A DNA stretch of 37,326 bases from Bacteroidia bacterium (GTDB lineage Bacteria; Bacteroidota; Bacteroidia; UKL13-3). Positions 1 to 8,939 of this stretch are shown here, piece by piece. A model generated the notes under the pieces. The model did not search any database and was not told where the DNA came from. It was given only the letters and a program-made list of their open reading frames with translations. The stretch is from the NCBI GenBank assembly GCA_049242065.1, contig JBMLPO010000256.1, forward strand, positions 1-37,326, written 5' to 3'. A program made the position numbers and the translations under genes. The first letter of the stretch is position 1, and every line of letters starts with the position of its first letter.

Positions 1-107
1 ATATGATTTCACAAGCAAGTACCTGCTCATCAATTTGGCTTCTTAATTCGCTTAGCAAATCATAAACCAGTACATTATAGATAGGTATACAAATCGATAA
101 CATTGAA

Positions 108-1355
108 CTAGTCGTTGATGAGTAGTTTAATGTAGAACAATGGATTCCTTAACTTGGCCCTTAAATCCAAATCTTCAAACATACAAGAAATGGTTTCTCT
201 TAAAGCTTTGTTTTTATGAGCTTTGTTCACGACAAAGTTGAATAACCAAGGGTATTTCACCAACTTTTGCATGGTATGACTAAGTTTGAGTTCATCCCAT
301 TGCCTGTCGTAAAATGCTTGGTCATATGCTTCATTGAACGCAGCATCAAACCTATTTTCTTTGATGCAGTTTTCAATATGTCTAGCGGCTAACATCCCAC
401 TATACATGGCATTTCCAATACCTTCTCCTGTAAAAGGATCGATTAGGCTCGCGGCATCACCGGTTAATAGAAAATGATCACCTGAAATAACTCTTTTTTT
501 AGAACCAAGTGGAAGTCCCCAGCCTTGAATTTTCCCCTCTAATTTGGCATTTTTAAAACGATCCCTAATATTAGGATTGTTCTCAATCGCTCGTAACATA
601 TCAGCTTTTAGGTTCACCTTCCTTTTACTTACTGAGGAACTCAGCATGCCTGCTCCAATATTGGCTTCTCCATTAGGTAATGGAAAAATCCAAAAATATC
701 CTGGAAGCATTTCTTCCAAAAAATGTAATTCTATGAAGTTCTGTTGGTGTAATCCTTCAACTCCAGAGTAGTAAGCTCTGATTCCAGCGCAATAATGATC
801 ATTCTCTTTGCGAATAGTAGAAAGGTTCTTTGCAACAACTGAACGATCTCCTTCAGCTCCAATAACAAGTAAAGGGTGTTTAATCTGGTAGCTTATATCT
901 TTATTCTCCAGATTTAAAATCAATCCTTCATCAGTTTTTTCTATTGAATTTAAACTTGTTTCTTGCCTGATATCTGCATATTGTGTGTCTAGCCAAGAAA
1001 AAATTTCAGCATCAAAATTCATTCTTTTGCTAATAAATCCAGGTGCATGTGTTTCTTTACTGAAATCACTTTTAAAAGGAATATCAATAGATTTCCCATT
1101 TGGTGCAACAAACTTTACCCCCCAACTGGGAAGAAAATTCTCCTGTTGCTGGCTTAATCTTTCTAAGTATTCTGGATTAAGTTGTTTCAGCACATATACT
1201 ACTTTTCCACTCAAGGCATCTCCACAAATTTTATCTCTGGGAAAACTTGATTTTTCTATAATGGTATGCGGAATTCCAGCTTTGCTCAAAAACAAAGATG
1301 TGGCGCATCCTGCCGGTCCGGCACCAATAATGATAATGTCTTCTGCTTTTAACAT
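108..1355 (-). CDS. Geranylgeranyl reductase-family FAD-dependent oxidoreductase
   Basis: ORF 108..1385 (-). The Rossmann FAD motif DIIIIGAGPAGCATS follows directly after the second in-frame ATG at 1355 (MLKAEDIIIIGAGPAG). The conserved flavoprotein motif LLTGDAASLIDPFTGEGIGNAM lies near the C-terminal third. The ATG at 1385 is an in-frame alternative start. Confidence 0.8.
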   Translation of the reverse strand: MLKAEDIIIIGAGPAGCATSLFLSKAGIPHTIIEKSSFPRDKICGDALSGKVVYVLKQLNPEYLERLSQQQENFLPSWGVKFVAPNGKSIDIPFKSDFSKETHAPGFISKRMNFDAEIFSWLDTQYADIRQETSLNSIEKTDEGLILNLENKDISYQIKHPLLVIGAEGDRSVVAKNLSTIRKENDHYCAGIRAYYSGVEGLHQQNFIELHFLEEMLPGYFWIFPLPNGEANIGAGMLSSSVSKRKVNLKADMLRAIENNPNIRDRFKNAKLEGKIQGWGLPLGSKKRVISGDHFLLTGDAASLIDPFTGEGIGNAMYSGMLAARHIENCIKENRFDAAFNEAYDQAFYDRQWDELKLSHTMQKLVKYPWLFNFVVNKAHKNKALRETISCMFEDLDLRAKLRNPLFYIKLLIND

Positions 1356-1433
1356 AAATAAAAAGGGCTGAACCAGAAGTTGCATGAAATACAGCTTCAG
1401 ATGCAGCCCTCGAAAATAAGGAATAAATTGAGG

Positions 1434-1449
1434 TCAAAAATATTTTTGA
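1434..1449. repeat. Perfect 16-nt palindrome TCAAAAATATTTTTGA; each half reads as a TAnnTTTG -7 box (TATTTTTG) on its own strand
   Basis: Read directly: the reverse complement of 1434..1449 equals itself. It lies between the stop of the OM barrel gene (1477) and the start of the reductase gene (1385/1355). The minus-strand copy (1435..1442) could be the reductase -7 box. Confidence 0.6.
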
Positions 1450-1476
1450 AAATCTTTATCCTGCTTTCTTCAAATT

Positions 1477-2061
1477 TTACAGCTTGTAGAGGATGCCTGC
1501 ATTTACAATTCCGTTGAAACCATATCCGAAATCGGCATAAACACCAAGCTTTTCTCCATATCTTACTCCAAGTGCAGTTAAATGGTATGCTGGTATAATG
1601 TCTTCTCCTTTTTTACCAGTATCAGCATTTTTAGCATTTACATAACTCACCCCAAAATGCACACCAGAATAAATAGATAATTTTGAATGGTCTGTGTATT
1701 GGTAGTTGACATTCGCCATCAAGGTATAATAATTAAACCTTACTGTTTCTTTAGTTGCATCAGCATAAGTCATTTTGGCTTCAATTGATGCATAGCTAAA
1801 ATCAGCTCCTAATGTCAGGTGTTTGGTATCATACTGGGTAAACCCTAATCTATAAGGACCTGTAATAGTGAAATCTTTAGTTGTACTTGGACCAATACTT
1901 CCTGAAAATTTGGTTTCTGCAAAGTTATTAATGTCTTTAACCTGCTGCAGTGATTGCGGATTGAACCCATATCCTAATGTAAATTCACGGATTTGAGCAT
2001 TTGCCTGAAACAAACTTAAAATGGAGCATGCAACAAATGAAAGTAGAACTGATTTTTTCAT
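1477..2061 (-). CDS. Small outer-membrane beta-barrel protein, function unknown
   Basis: Signal peptide MKKSVLLSFVACSILSLFQANAQ. The sequence shows an alternating beta-strand pattern with aromatic residues (LGADFSYAS, GVYADFGYGFNG). Length is 194 aa. Confidence 0.55.
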   Translation of the reverse strand: MKKSVLLSFVACSILSLFQANAQIREFTLGYGFNPQSLQQVKDINNFAETKFSGSIGPSTTKDFTITGPYRLGFTQYDTKHLTLGADFSYASIEAKMTYADATKETVRFNYYTLMANVNYQYTDHSKLSIYSGVHFGVSYVNAKNADTGKKGEDIIPAYHLTALGVRYGEKLGVYADFGYGFNGIVNAGILYKL

Positions 2062-2123
2062 AATATAATATTGATTGAATGTGATTATTTAAAGTATTTA
2101 AACAGAAAATGATTACGATTTTT

Positions 2124-2131
2124 TATCTTTG
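2124..2131 (+). promoter_or_regulatory. Candidate Bacteroidota -7 promoter box TATCTTTG
   Basis: Exact match to TAnnTTTG in the 170-bp divergent intergenic region. It is the same octamer as upstream of prfA. It sits about 100 nt from the ATG at 2232, so assignment to that gene is uncertain. No clear -33 TTG was seen. Confidence 0.3.
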
Positions 2132-2231
2132 GACTGAATCCTAGCATCACGAATATACTAATTTTCTAAAAATAGGTTCTGACAATATGTCAATGGCGTG
2201 ATTTTTGGTATTCACTTTCCCTATAAACAAA

Positions 2232-2726
2232 ATGGATACTTTTAATAATTTACCTGATTATTCAAGGGTTTGGATTTATGCTTCAAATAAAAAGCTGAGT
2301 CAGGAACAAAGTGCAGAAATTCAAGATTTATTGGAGGGTTTTGCCAAAGGCTGGACCTCACATCAAATGCAATTAAACGCAGCAGCAGCCATAATTAAAT
2401 CACATTTTTTGGTTTTTATGGTTGATGAATCCTCGGCAGAAATAAGTGGTTGCGGTATTGATAAGTCGGTTCAATTGGTAAGAGAAATAGAACAAAAAAC
2501 AGGATTGTCCTTTTTTAATAGACTTAATATTCAGCTAGAAACCAATTCGGGGATTCTAGTGTTAAACAAACAGCAATTATTAGAAGCTTTAGACTCTGGA
2601 TTGGTAACTGAAGATACCCCTTACTTTGATAATTTGGTTCAAAACAAAAAGGATTTAGTGGAGAATTGGATGAAACCTGTAAAAGAAAGTTGGATGTGGT
2701 CGAAGTTAAAAACCCTAACAGCCTAA
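2232..2726 (+). CDS. Conserved hypothetical cytoplasmic protein (Bacteroidota family I recall being mislabelled 'ABC transporter ATPase')
   Basis: ORF 2205..2726 opens at a TTG, and the first ATG is at 2232 (MDTFNNLPDYSRVWIYASNKKLS...). There is no TM segment and no catalytic motif I can name. The family call is from memory only. Confidence 0.45.
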   Translation: MDTFNNLPDYSRVWIYASNKKLSQEQSAEIQDLLEGFAKGWTSHQMQLNAAAAIIKSHFLVFMVDESSAEISGCGIDKSVQLVREIEQKTGLSFFNRLNIQLETNSGILVLNKQQLLEALDSGLVTEDTPYFDNLVQNKKDLVENWMKPVKESWMWSKLKTLTA

Positions 2727-2784
2727 TAGAAATTTTTTTAAAACACGAAACATTTTAGCATTTTAGCAACTCATAACATTGAAT

Positions 2785-4815
2785 ATGTCAGAAAATCAAA
2801 GCGGGGATCCGAAAAACGATTCAAACGAAAATAAAAATAAGAAGCCTAAAGTTCCACCAATGCCTAAATTCAATTTTTATTGGATTTATGGAATCATAGC
2901 TGTTGTATTTATTGCACTTACTTTTTTACCTAAAAATGTAGCTTTAAAAACATCAAAAATTGAATTCATCAACAAAATGTTGTTGGCTCATGATGTAGAG
3001 AAAGTAGTTGTTGTAAATAAAAACATCGCAGAAATTTATCTGAAAAAGGATGCGCTTAAAAATGATAAATACAAGGATTTAAAAAACCGAAGTTTATTAG
3101 GAGAAGATGTAGGTCCTCACTATTATTTTGAAATAGGTGATATCTCTAATTTCGAAAAAGATATCAATGAAAAGCAAAAGGATTTTCCTGCTAATGAACA
3201 AATAGCAGTTGAATACGTAACTCAAAACAATTACCTAGGTGATTTCTTGTTTACTTGGATGCTACCAATCATTATTTTAGTGGGTGTTTGGATGTTCATT
3301 ATGAGAAGAATGACCGGTGGACCAGCTGGTGGTGGACAGATTTTTAATATTGGAAAAAGTCGTGCTCAATTATTTGATAAGGATGGTCATGTTAAAACAA
3401 CTTTCAAAGATGTTGCTGGTTTAGATGAAGCAAAAGTTGAGGTAATGGAAATTGTAGATTTCCTGAAGAATCCTAAGAAATACACTAATCTCGGAGGAAA
3501 AATTCCTAAAGGTGCTTTATTAGTTGGCCCTCCAGGAACAGGTAAAACCTTACTTGCAAAAGCAGTTGCCGGTGAGGCTGGTGTTCCTTTCTTTTCTTTA
3601 TCAGGTTCAGATTTTGTTGAAATGTTTGTGGGTGTTGGTGCAAGCCGTGTAAGAGATTTATTTAAACAAGCCAAAGAAAAAGCTCCTTGTATTATTTTCA
3701 TTGATGAAATTGATGCGGTTGGAAGAGCTCGTGGTAAAAATCTAGTGCAAGGCGGTAATGATGAGAGAGAAAATACCTTGAATCAATTATTAACTGAAAT
3801 GGATGGCTTTGCTACCGATTTAGGTGTAATCATTTTAGCCGCCACCAACAGACCAGATATCTTAGACTCTGCTTTATTAAGACCAGGTCGTTTCGACAGA
3901 CAAATTTCGATAGATAAACCAGATTTAAATGGCCGTGCAGAAATCTTCAAAGTGCATTTAAAGCCTTTAAAGCTTGCGAGTGATGTGAATCCAGAAAGAT
4001 TGGCTACGCAAACTGCTGGTTTTGCTGGAGCAGATATTGCAAATATTTGTAATGAGGCGGCCTTAATTGCTGCTAGAAAAGACAAAGCTGCTGTAGATAT
4101 GCAAGATTTTCAAGATGCCGTTGACCGTGTAATTGGCGGCTTGGAGAAAAAGAATAAAATTATATCAGCGGAAGAAAAAGAAATCATTGCTTACCACGAA
4201 TCAGGACATGCCATTGTTGGTTGGTTCTTGGAAGGATTAGATCCTTTGGTAAAAGTAAGTATTGTTCCAAGAGGTGTAGCTGCTTTAGGTTATGCACAAT
4301 ACTTGCCAAAAGACCAATACCTCTACACCACAGAGCAATTAAAAAATATGATTTGTATGACCTTGGGTGGAAGAGCTGCTGAAGACTTGGTATTTGGCAG
4401 AATTAGCACTGGAGCTCAAAACGATTTAGAGAGAATAACCAAAATGGCTTACGGAATGGTAACCATTTATGGGATGAATGATAAAATTGGTAATGTATCT
4501 TTCTATGATGCCAATCAGGAATATGGTTTTACTAAACCGTACAGTGATAAAACAGCTGAAATGATTGATATTGAAGTAAGAAAACTGATAGATGAATGTT
4601 TTACCAATACCAAGAATTTGTTAATTGAGAAAAAAGATAAATTGGAAGAATTGGCTAAAATTCTATTGGAGAAAGAGATTCTCTTCCAACATGATTTGCA
4701 AGAAATTCTAGGTAGTCGTCCTTTTGATAAAGTGCAGGAAGATTCTCAGGTAATGGAAGCTGAGCTTGTTGATTCTACTCAAAACCCAACGAGCGACGAA
4801 GCGCCTATTGTATAA
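2785..4815 (+). CDS. ftsH: ATP-dependent zinc metalloprotease FtsH
   Basis: Two N-terminal TM helices, Walker A GPPGTGKT, Walker [10 protein letters not shown], second region of homology [20 protein letters not shown], and zinc site HESGHA. The ORF track starts at TTG 2779; the ATG two codons later (2785) is more likely. Confidence 0.95.
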   Translation: MSENQSGDPKNDSNENKNKKPKVPPMPKFNFYWIYGIIAVVFIALTFLPKNVALKTSKIEFINKMLLAHDVEKVVVVNKNIAEIYLKKDALKNDKYKDLKNRSLLGEDVGPHYYFEIGDISNFEKDINEKQKDFPANEQIAVEYVTQNNYLGDFLFTWMLPIIILVGVWMFIMRRMTGGPAGGGQIFNIGKSRAQLFDKDGHVKTTFKDVAGLDEAKVEVMEIVDFLKNPKKYTNLGGKIPKGALLVGPPGTGKTLLAKAVAGEAGVPFFSLSGSDFVEMFVGVGASRVRDLFKQAKEKAPCIIFIDEIDAVGRARGKNLVQGGNDERENTLNQLLTEMDGFATDLGVIILAATNRPDILDSALLRPGRFDRQISIDKPDLNGRAEIFKVHLKPLKLASDVNPERLATQTAGFAGADIANICNEAALIAARKDKAAVDMQDFQDAVDRVIGGLEKKNKIISAEEKEIIAYHESGHAIVGWFLEGLDPLVKVSIVPRGVAALGYAQYLPKDQYLYTTEQLKNMICMTLGGRAAEDLVFGRISTGAQNDLERITKMAYGMVTIYGMNDKIGNVSFYDANQEYGFTKPYSDKTAEMIDIEVRKLIDECFTNTKNLLIEKKDKLEELAKILLEKEILFQHDLQEILGSRPFDKVQEDSQVMEAELVDSTQNPTSDEAPIV

Positions 4816-4833
4816 TCGATATCGTAAATCAAG

Positions 4834-4876
4834 AAAGCCCATTTAGATTTTTAATCAAATCTGATGGGCTTTTTTT
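4834..4876 (+). terminator. Rho-independent terminator downstream of ftsH
   Basis: The hairpin pairs AAAGCCCA(4834-4841) with TGGGCTTT(4865-4872) and AGATTT(4845-4850) with AAATCT(4857-4862). It has a 6-nt loop and one small internal bulge. It runs into a 7-T tract (4870-4876). Confidence 0.75.
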
Positions 4877-4917
4877 ATAGATTTTCTGCTGATTGAATTT
4901 CAAATGAAATAATTAAA

Positions 4918-5601
4918 TTGCAGCACTTGGAACAGCATATTACATCAAAGGAGAAAATCCTAAAAAAGTTAAGACAGGCTTTAAATGTAAAATCAAAAAG
5001 CCTTTATCAAAATATCGATTTTGAATCGAATATTTATGCCCGTTCTAATGAAGAAACCCAAGCAGAAACTTTTGTTAAACGATTCACAGAATTAGGTGGT
5101 CAATATGTCTATTGCGATAACCAATTTGATTGTATTGATAAACTTTTAGACCTTATTGAATTGCGTAAATGGAAACATTTATTCAGCTGGGAAGAGGAGA
5201 TTCAAAACCTGCTCAATGATAGTGGAATTGCCCATCAACAAGGGAGAGAAAATATAGACAAAGCGCAGGCTGCCATATTGGGTTGTGAGGCTTTAATTGC
5301 TAGAACAGGAAGCATCTTGGTAAGTAGCATCAGAAATTCTAGAACCATGACTATCTGGCCTCCTGTTTTGGTTTTCATCGTTAAACGCTCACAATTGGTT
5401 GCTGATATCAAAGATGGTTTTCAAGTTCTCAGAAACAGATACGGAAGAAAAACACCTTCTCTTTTTAGCCTGATAACTGGGCCAGCTAACTCGTCAGAAA
5501 TACCTGCAGAAATACCGGGTGATTTGCCCAAAATTATCAAAGGTGGAATGGGTTCTTTGGAAGTGGTTTTATTCTTTATTGACGATACCCGGAAAGATTA
5601 A
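4918..5601 (+). CDS. LUD-domain protein (LutC/YkgG-like)
   Basis: The N-terminal SKEKILKKLRQAL and the core GCEALIARTGSILVSS...TMTIWPPVLVFIV resemble the lactate-utilisation LutC/LUD fold. There is no in-frame ATG near the 5' end, so the start is TTG 4918 or a nearby ATT. No lutA or lutB partner is adjacent. Confidence 0.6.
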   Translation: MQHLEQHITSKEKILKKLRQALNVKSKSLYQNIDFESNIYARSNEETQAETFVKRFTELGGQYVYCDNQFDCIDKLLDLIELRKWKHLFSWEEEIQNLLNDSGIAHQQGRENIDKAQAAILGCEALIARTGSILVSSIRNSRTMTIWPPVLVFIVKRSQLVADIKDGFQVLRNRYGRKTPSLFSLITGPANSSEIPAEIPGDLPKIIKGGMGSLEVVLFFIDDTRKD

Positions 5602-5606
5602 TCAGC

Positions 5607-6386
5607 TTGAACTCTACAAAAAAAATTTATTTCGCGTCTGATTTTCATCTCGGTATTCCCGATCATGTCTCTTCTTTTGAAAGAGAAAAAAGAATCATTC
5701 GTTGGCTCAATTCTATTCAATCTAGCTGTGCCGAACTTTTTATAGTAGGTGATATTTTTGACTTTTGGTTTGAATACGATTTAGTAGTTCCAAAAGGATT
5801 TGTTCGACTTCAAGCTAAAATTGCTGAGTTTACAGATGCTGGAATTCCTGTCCACTTTTTTCATGGCAACCACGATTTATGGCAATTCGGTTATTTTGAA
5901 AAAGAACTGGGGGTAAATGTTTATTCCAAGCCCATTACGAGGGTATTTGGAAACAGAAAATTCTTTATCGGACATGGTGATGGATTAGGCCCTGGACAAA
6001 ACAAGTTTAAATTGGTCTTGGCAACTTATCGAAACCCATTTTTTCAGCGACTTTTTGCTTTTCTCCATCCAAGTATTGGAATGGGATTCGCTAATTGGCT
6101 TTCACATAGAAGTAAATTAAAAACCTTTGATGGAAATTTCAAATTTTATGGGGAAAATGAACACCTCATTCAATTTTGTAGGGAATTTTTACTGACAGAA
6201 CAAGTTGATTTTTTTGTTTTTGGTCACCGACACTTACCTATGAGTTATAAGTTGAATGAAACGAGTACTTATTACAATTTAGGTGATTGGATTGGTTTTA
6301 ATTCCTATGCTGAATTTGATGGAGAAAATTTGGTTTTAAAAACTTTTGAAGCCGATGGAAATGCGCAGCCTATTCAACATTTATAA
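5607..6386 (+). CDS. lpxH: UDP-2,3-diacylglucosamine diphosphatase (LpxH-type metallophosphoesterase)
   Basis: Calcineurin-like motifs in LpxH order: SDFHLG, GDIFDFWFEY, GNHDLW, GHGDG, GHRH, LGDW. Length is 259 aa. A TTG start at 5607 is required because no in-frame ATG precedes the catalytic DFHLG. Confidence 0.7.
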   Translation: MNSTKKIYFASDFHLGIPDHVSSFEREKRIIRWLNSIQSSCAELFIVGDIFDFWFEYDLVVPKGFVRLQAKIAEFTDAGIPVHFFHGNHDLWQFGYFEKELGVNVYSKPITRVFGNRKFFIGHGDGLGPGQNKFKLVLATYRNPFFQRLFAFLHPSIGMGFANWLSHRSKLKTFDGNFKFYGENEHLIQFCREFLLTEQVDFFVFGHRHLPMSYKLNETSTYYNLGDWIGFNSYAEFDGENLVLKTFEADGNAQPIQHL

Positions 6387-7197
6387 GCTTTTTATCTTCT
6401 CCATCTTCGGGCTTTTTACTTTTGAGGGCTCTGCTAAGATTCAAGAAGTCACTTTCACTTTTTCAATTACCCGTGAAATAAAATCAGATACCAAACTCTT
6501 AAAGGCCGACCAATTAGGAAATGTATATGTTTTAGATAAAGGTGATAGACTTTCCAAATACAATTCAGAAGGAGTATTACTTTCAACCCTCAACTATAAT
6601 TATGCGGGTAGTATTAGCTCCATTGATGTAAGTAATCCAATGGAGATTTTCATTTTTTATAAGGAATTAAACATGGTAGTTATTCTTGATAACAACTTGG
6701 CATTCCGAGGTAAAATTAATTTACAAGATTGGGGAATTACTCAAGCTTCCTGTATCGCTAGGAGTTATGAAAATGGCTTGTGGATTTTTGATTCCGGTGA
6801 TTTACAATTAAAGAAGTTCTCTCGCGAGGGCAAGTTATTACAAAGCAGCGGTAATGCACTTGATATAGCAGGCGATGCAAAATTGAACCCAGTTTTTTGC
6901 CGTGAAAATGGAAATCGTGTACTTCTTGGAGATACCTTAAATGGTTTGTTTCTTTTTGATGTGTTTGCAGGTTTCATTAAGAAAATTCCAATTTCAGCTT
7001 TTAAAGACATTCAATTAATGGAGACTGAAATTCTTGTTTTGTTAGAAGACGAAATTTTGCTTTATCAACTCAAAAACTCTTCTAGAACCAATATTTCCAT
7101 TCCTTTTAAAGGCATGAAGGGAGCCGTAAAAACAGCTAATCAAAGTTTTATTTTCTATTCTTCAGACCGTATCCTTTTCACAAACATGGCTAAGTAG
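6361..7197 (+). CDS. Hypothetical secreted protein, repeat-rich (beta-propeller-like pattern)
   Basis: ORF 6346..7197. The Met at 6361 gives a signal-like N-terminus, MRSLFNIYKLFIFSIFGLFTFEGSA. Motifs of the form G..Y/F.LD....L.K....G recur. It overlaps the lpxH 3' end by about 25 nt. No family was recognised. Confidence 0.45.
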   Translation: MRSLFNIYKLFIFSIFGLFTFEGSAKIQEVTFTFSITREIKSDTKLLKADQLGNVYVLDKGDRLSKYNSEGVLLSTLNYNYAGSISSIDVSNPMEIFIFYKELNMVVILDNNLAFRGKINLQDWGITQASCIARSYENGLWIFDSGDLQLKKFSREGKLLQSSGNALDIAGDAKLNPVFCRENGNRVLLGDTLNGLFLFDVFAGFIKKIPISAFKDIQLMETEILVLLEDEILLYQLKNSSRTNISIPFKGMKGAVKTANQSFIFYSSDRILFTNMAK

Positions 7198-7208
7198 TTC
7201 TGTTTGAT

Positions 7209-7216
7209 TATCTTTG
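7209..7216 (+). promoter_or_regulatory. Candidate -7 promoter box TATCTTTG for prfA
   Basis: Exact TAnnTTTG match, 18 nt upstream of ATG 7235. Its terminal TTG (7214-7216) is the start codon chosen by the ORF track. Confidence 0.4.
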
Positions 7217-7234
7217 CGGCCTCAAAAGAAGCAC

Positions 7235-8308
7235 ATGTTAGATAAGTTAGAAGCCATATACAATAGGTTTAAGCAAGTAGAAGAAACATTAAGTCAGCCA
7301 GATGTAGTGGCAGACATGAAGCGTTTTACTCAATTAAACAGAGAGTACAAAAGCTTACAAGGCATTGTAGATAAGTACTTTGAATATAAAAACCTAGTTG
7401 GGAATATTGCTGAAGCACGCGAAATCCTTAAAACCGAAAAGGATGAGGAAATGCGTTCAATGGCAAAAGAGGAGTTAGATGAATTGGAACCCAAATTGGC
7501 TCCTATGGAAGAGGAAATCAGAATTTTATTGATTCCAAAAGAACCAGAGGATTTAAAAAATGCCATTCTTGAAATTAGAGGTGGAACTGGTGGAGATGAG
7601 GCAAGTATCTTCGCTGGCGATTTATACCGTATGTATATGTATTTCTGTGAAAAACGCGGTTGGAAAACTGAAGTCGTTGATTTTACCGAAGGTACAGCAG
7701 GTGGTTATAAAGAGGTTATTATTGAAGTTTCAGGCGATGAAGTATATGGTATTTTAAAATATGAAAGTGGTGTTCACCGCGTGCAACGTGTTCCTGAAAC
7801 TGAAACACAAGGTAGGGTGCATACTTCAGCCGCAACTGTAGTGGTATTACCAGAAGCTGAAGAGGTGGATGTTTACCTTAATCCTGCCGATATTGAAATG
7901 CAAACGGCTCGCTCAGGTGGTGCAGGAGGGCAGAATGTAAATAAAGTGGAGAGTAAGGTTATGTTAACCCATAAACCAACTGGAATTGTAGTGGTTTGTC
8001 AGGTTGAAAGAACCCAAAATGGTAACCGTGAACGTGCAATGCAAATGCTCAGAACAAAATTGTATGAAATTGAGTTGCAAAAACACAATGATAGCATCGC
8101 AAGTAGAAGAAAGACCATGGTTTCTTCTGGTGACCGCTCTGCAAAGATTAGAACGTATAATTATCCTCAATCTAGAGTTACCGATCACCGTATCAATTAT
8201 ACAAAATACAATTTAACTGATGTAATGAGTGGGGAAATTCAAGATTTTATTGACCAATTGCAGATTGCTGAAAATGCAGAAAAGTTAAAAGAAGGATTTG
8301 GTGCTTAA
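7235..8308 (+). CDS. prfA: Peptide chain release factor 1
   Basis: GGQ motif [15 protein letters not shown]1-type PxT tripeptide context [18 protein letters not shown]. Clear colinearity with E. coli RF1 as I recall it (LEA..., GTGGDEA.LFAGDL.RMY, RTYN.PQ.RVTDHRI). ATG 7235 (MLDKLEAIY) aligns with the RF1 N-terminus. Confidence 0.95.
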   Translation: MLDKLEAIYNRFKQVEETLSQPDVVADMKRFTQLNREYKSLQGIVDKYFEYKNLVGNIAEAREILKTEKDEEMRSMAKEELDELEPKLAPMEEEIRILLIPKEPEDLKNAILEIRGGTGGDEASIFAGDLYRMYMYFCEKRGWKTEVVDFTEGTAGGYKEVIIEVSGDEVYGILKYESGVHRVQRVPETETQGRVHTSAATVVVLPEAEEVDVYLNPADIEMQTARSGGAGGQNVNKVESKVMLTHKPTGIVVVCQVERTQNGNRERAMQMLRTKLYEIELQKHNDSIASRRKTMVSSGDRSAKIRTYNYPQSRVTDHRINYTKYNLTDVMSGEIQDFIDQLQIAENAEKLKEGFGA

Positions 8309-8310
8309 TT

Positions 8311-8883
8311 CTAAGAACCCAATCTATAATTAATTACTTTCTGAACTTCACTATACAATTGCATTGGATTGAATTTTCGCCAGTTGAAGGCGTCTAGTTC
8401 TCCTCCAAATACCAAGTAATAATCAAGATTTTCTTTCCTGAATTCTTCCAAAACATGTGATTGGAAGTTGAGTGCTACTATCCAGCCATCTTCTTCAACA
8501 TCTTGAAACCACTCTTCATAATAGCTATCATCACTGCCGTGAAAATTGAGCACGTTTTCGCCTATCAAAATAAATTTGCTAATACCGGCCACACTCAAAG
8601 GTTCAACCACTTCACGTTTTAAAAACATGATATCGTTGTTAATTGCGTCATTCCATTCACCAATAAGTTCCAATACAGCAAAGTTCTTGTGGTAATCGGC
8701 AAATATAATTTTTACATATAGGGTAGGGGATCCAAATTCATCCCATTGCGGGTGAATTACATAATTGTAAACTTGATTACTGAATTCAAATTCACTGTAT
8801 TCCCTTTCATAAAAGGGCGAGTTAGGGTCATCTTCACTCTGATATAGGTCTCTCCACCTAAAAAAAGGTTCTATCTCCTGCAT
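8311..8883 (-). CDS. Conserved hypothetical cytoplasmic protein
   Basis: ORF 8311..8895 (-). The called TTG start (8893-8895) lies inside a -7-like box, and ATG 8883 (MQEIEPFFRWRDLY...) is more plausible. It is acidic and aromatic-rich with no TM segment. No family was recognised. Confidence 0.5.
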   Translation of the reverse strand: MQEIEPFFRWRDLYQSEDDPNSPFYEREYSEFEFSNQVYNYVIHPQWDEFGSPTLYVKIIFADYHKNFAVLELIGEWNDAINNDIMFLKREVVEPLSVAGISKFILIGENVLNFHGSDDSYYEEWFQDVEEDGWIVALNFQSHVLEEFRKENLDYYLVFGGELDAFNWRKFNPMQLYSEVQKVINYRLGS

Positions 8884-8892
8884 AATGAATAA

Positions 8893-8900
8893 CAAATATA
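8893..8900 (-). promoter_or_regulatory. Candidate -7 promoter box (minus strand TATATTTG)
   Basis: The plus strand reads CAAATATA, an exact reverse complement of TAnnTTTG. Only 9 nt separate it from ATG 8883. Confidence 0.35.
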
Positions 8901-8939
8901 AGCTTTAGAAAGCCTTCATTCCTACTCAAAATGCTAAAA

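Noticed and set aside
1-107. A possible partial gene at the left edge. Candidates are a plus-strand frame ending near 46-49 or 62-64, or a minus-strand ATG at 30 running off the window.
   Set aside because: At most about 10-20 codons are visible in any frame and none has a recognisable motif. It cannot be supported.
985-1371. Antisense or shadow ORFs of 60-130 aa inside larger genes. Examples are 544..771, 985..1371, 3387..3701, 3783..4085, 12840..13145, 14462..14833, 22984..23334, 30385..30696 and 34563..34844.
   Set aside because: Each lies wholly within, and opposite or out of frame to, a long ORF with strong family motifs. Their translations are low-complexity or Ser/Leu/Phe-rich with no recognisable motifs. 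This is typical of AT-rich shadow frames.
2751-2766. A tandem 8-nt direct repeat, CATTTTAG CATTTTAG, upstream of ftsH.
   Set aside because: There are only two copies in AT-rich intergenic DNA. It matches neither the -7 nor the -33 consensus and has no dyad symmetry. It is probably chance or slippage.
7790-7798. The RF1 codon-recognition tripeptide reads P-E-T rather than the familiar PAT or PVT.
   Set aside because: The middle position of the PxT motif is variable and the flanking sequence (RVQRVP.TE.QGR.HTS) is canonical. I cannot verify from memory whether PET is the norm in this phylum, so it is not evidence of altered stop-codon reading.
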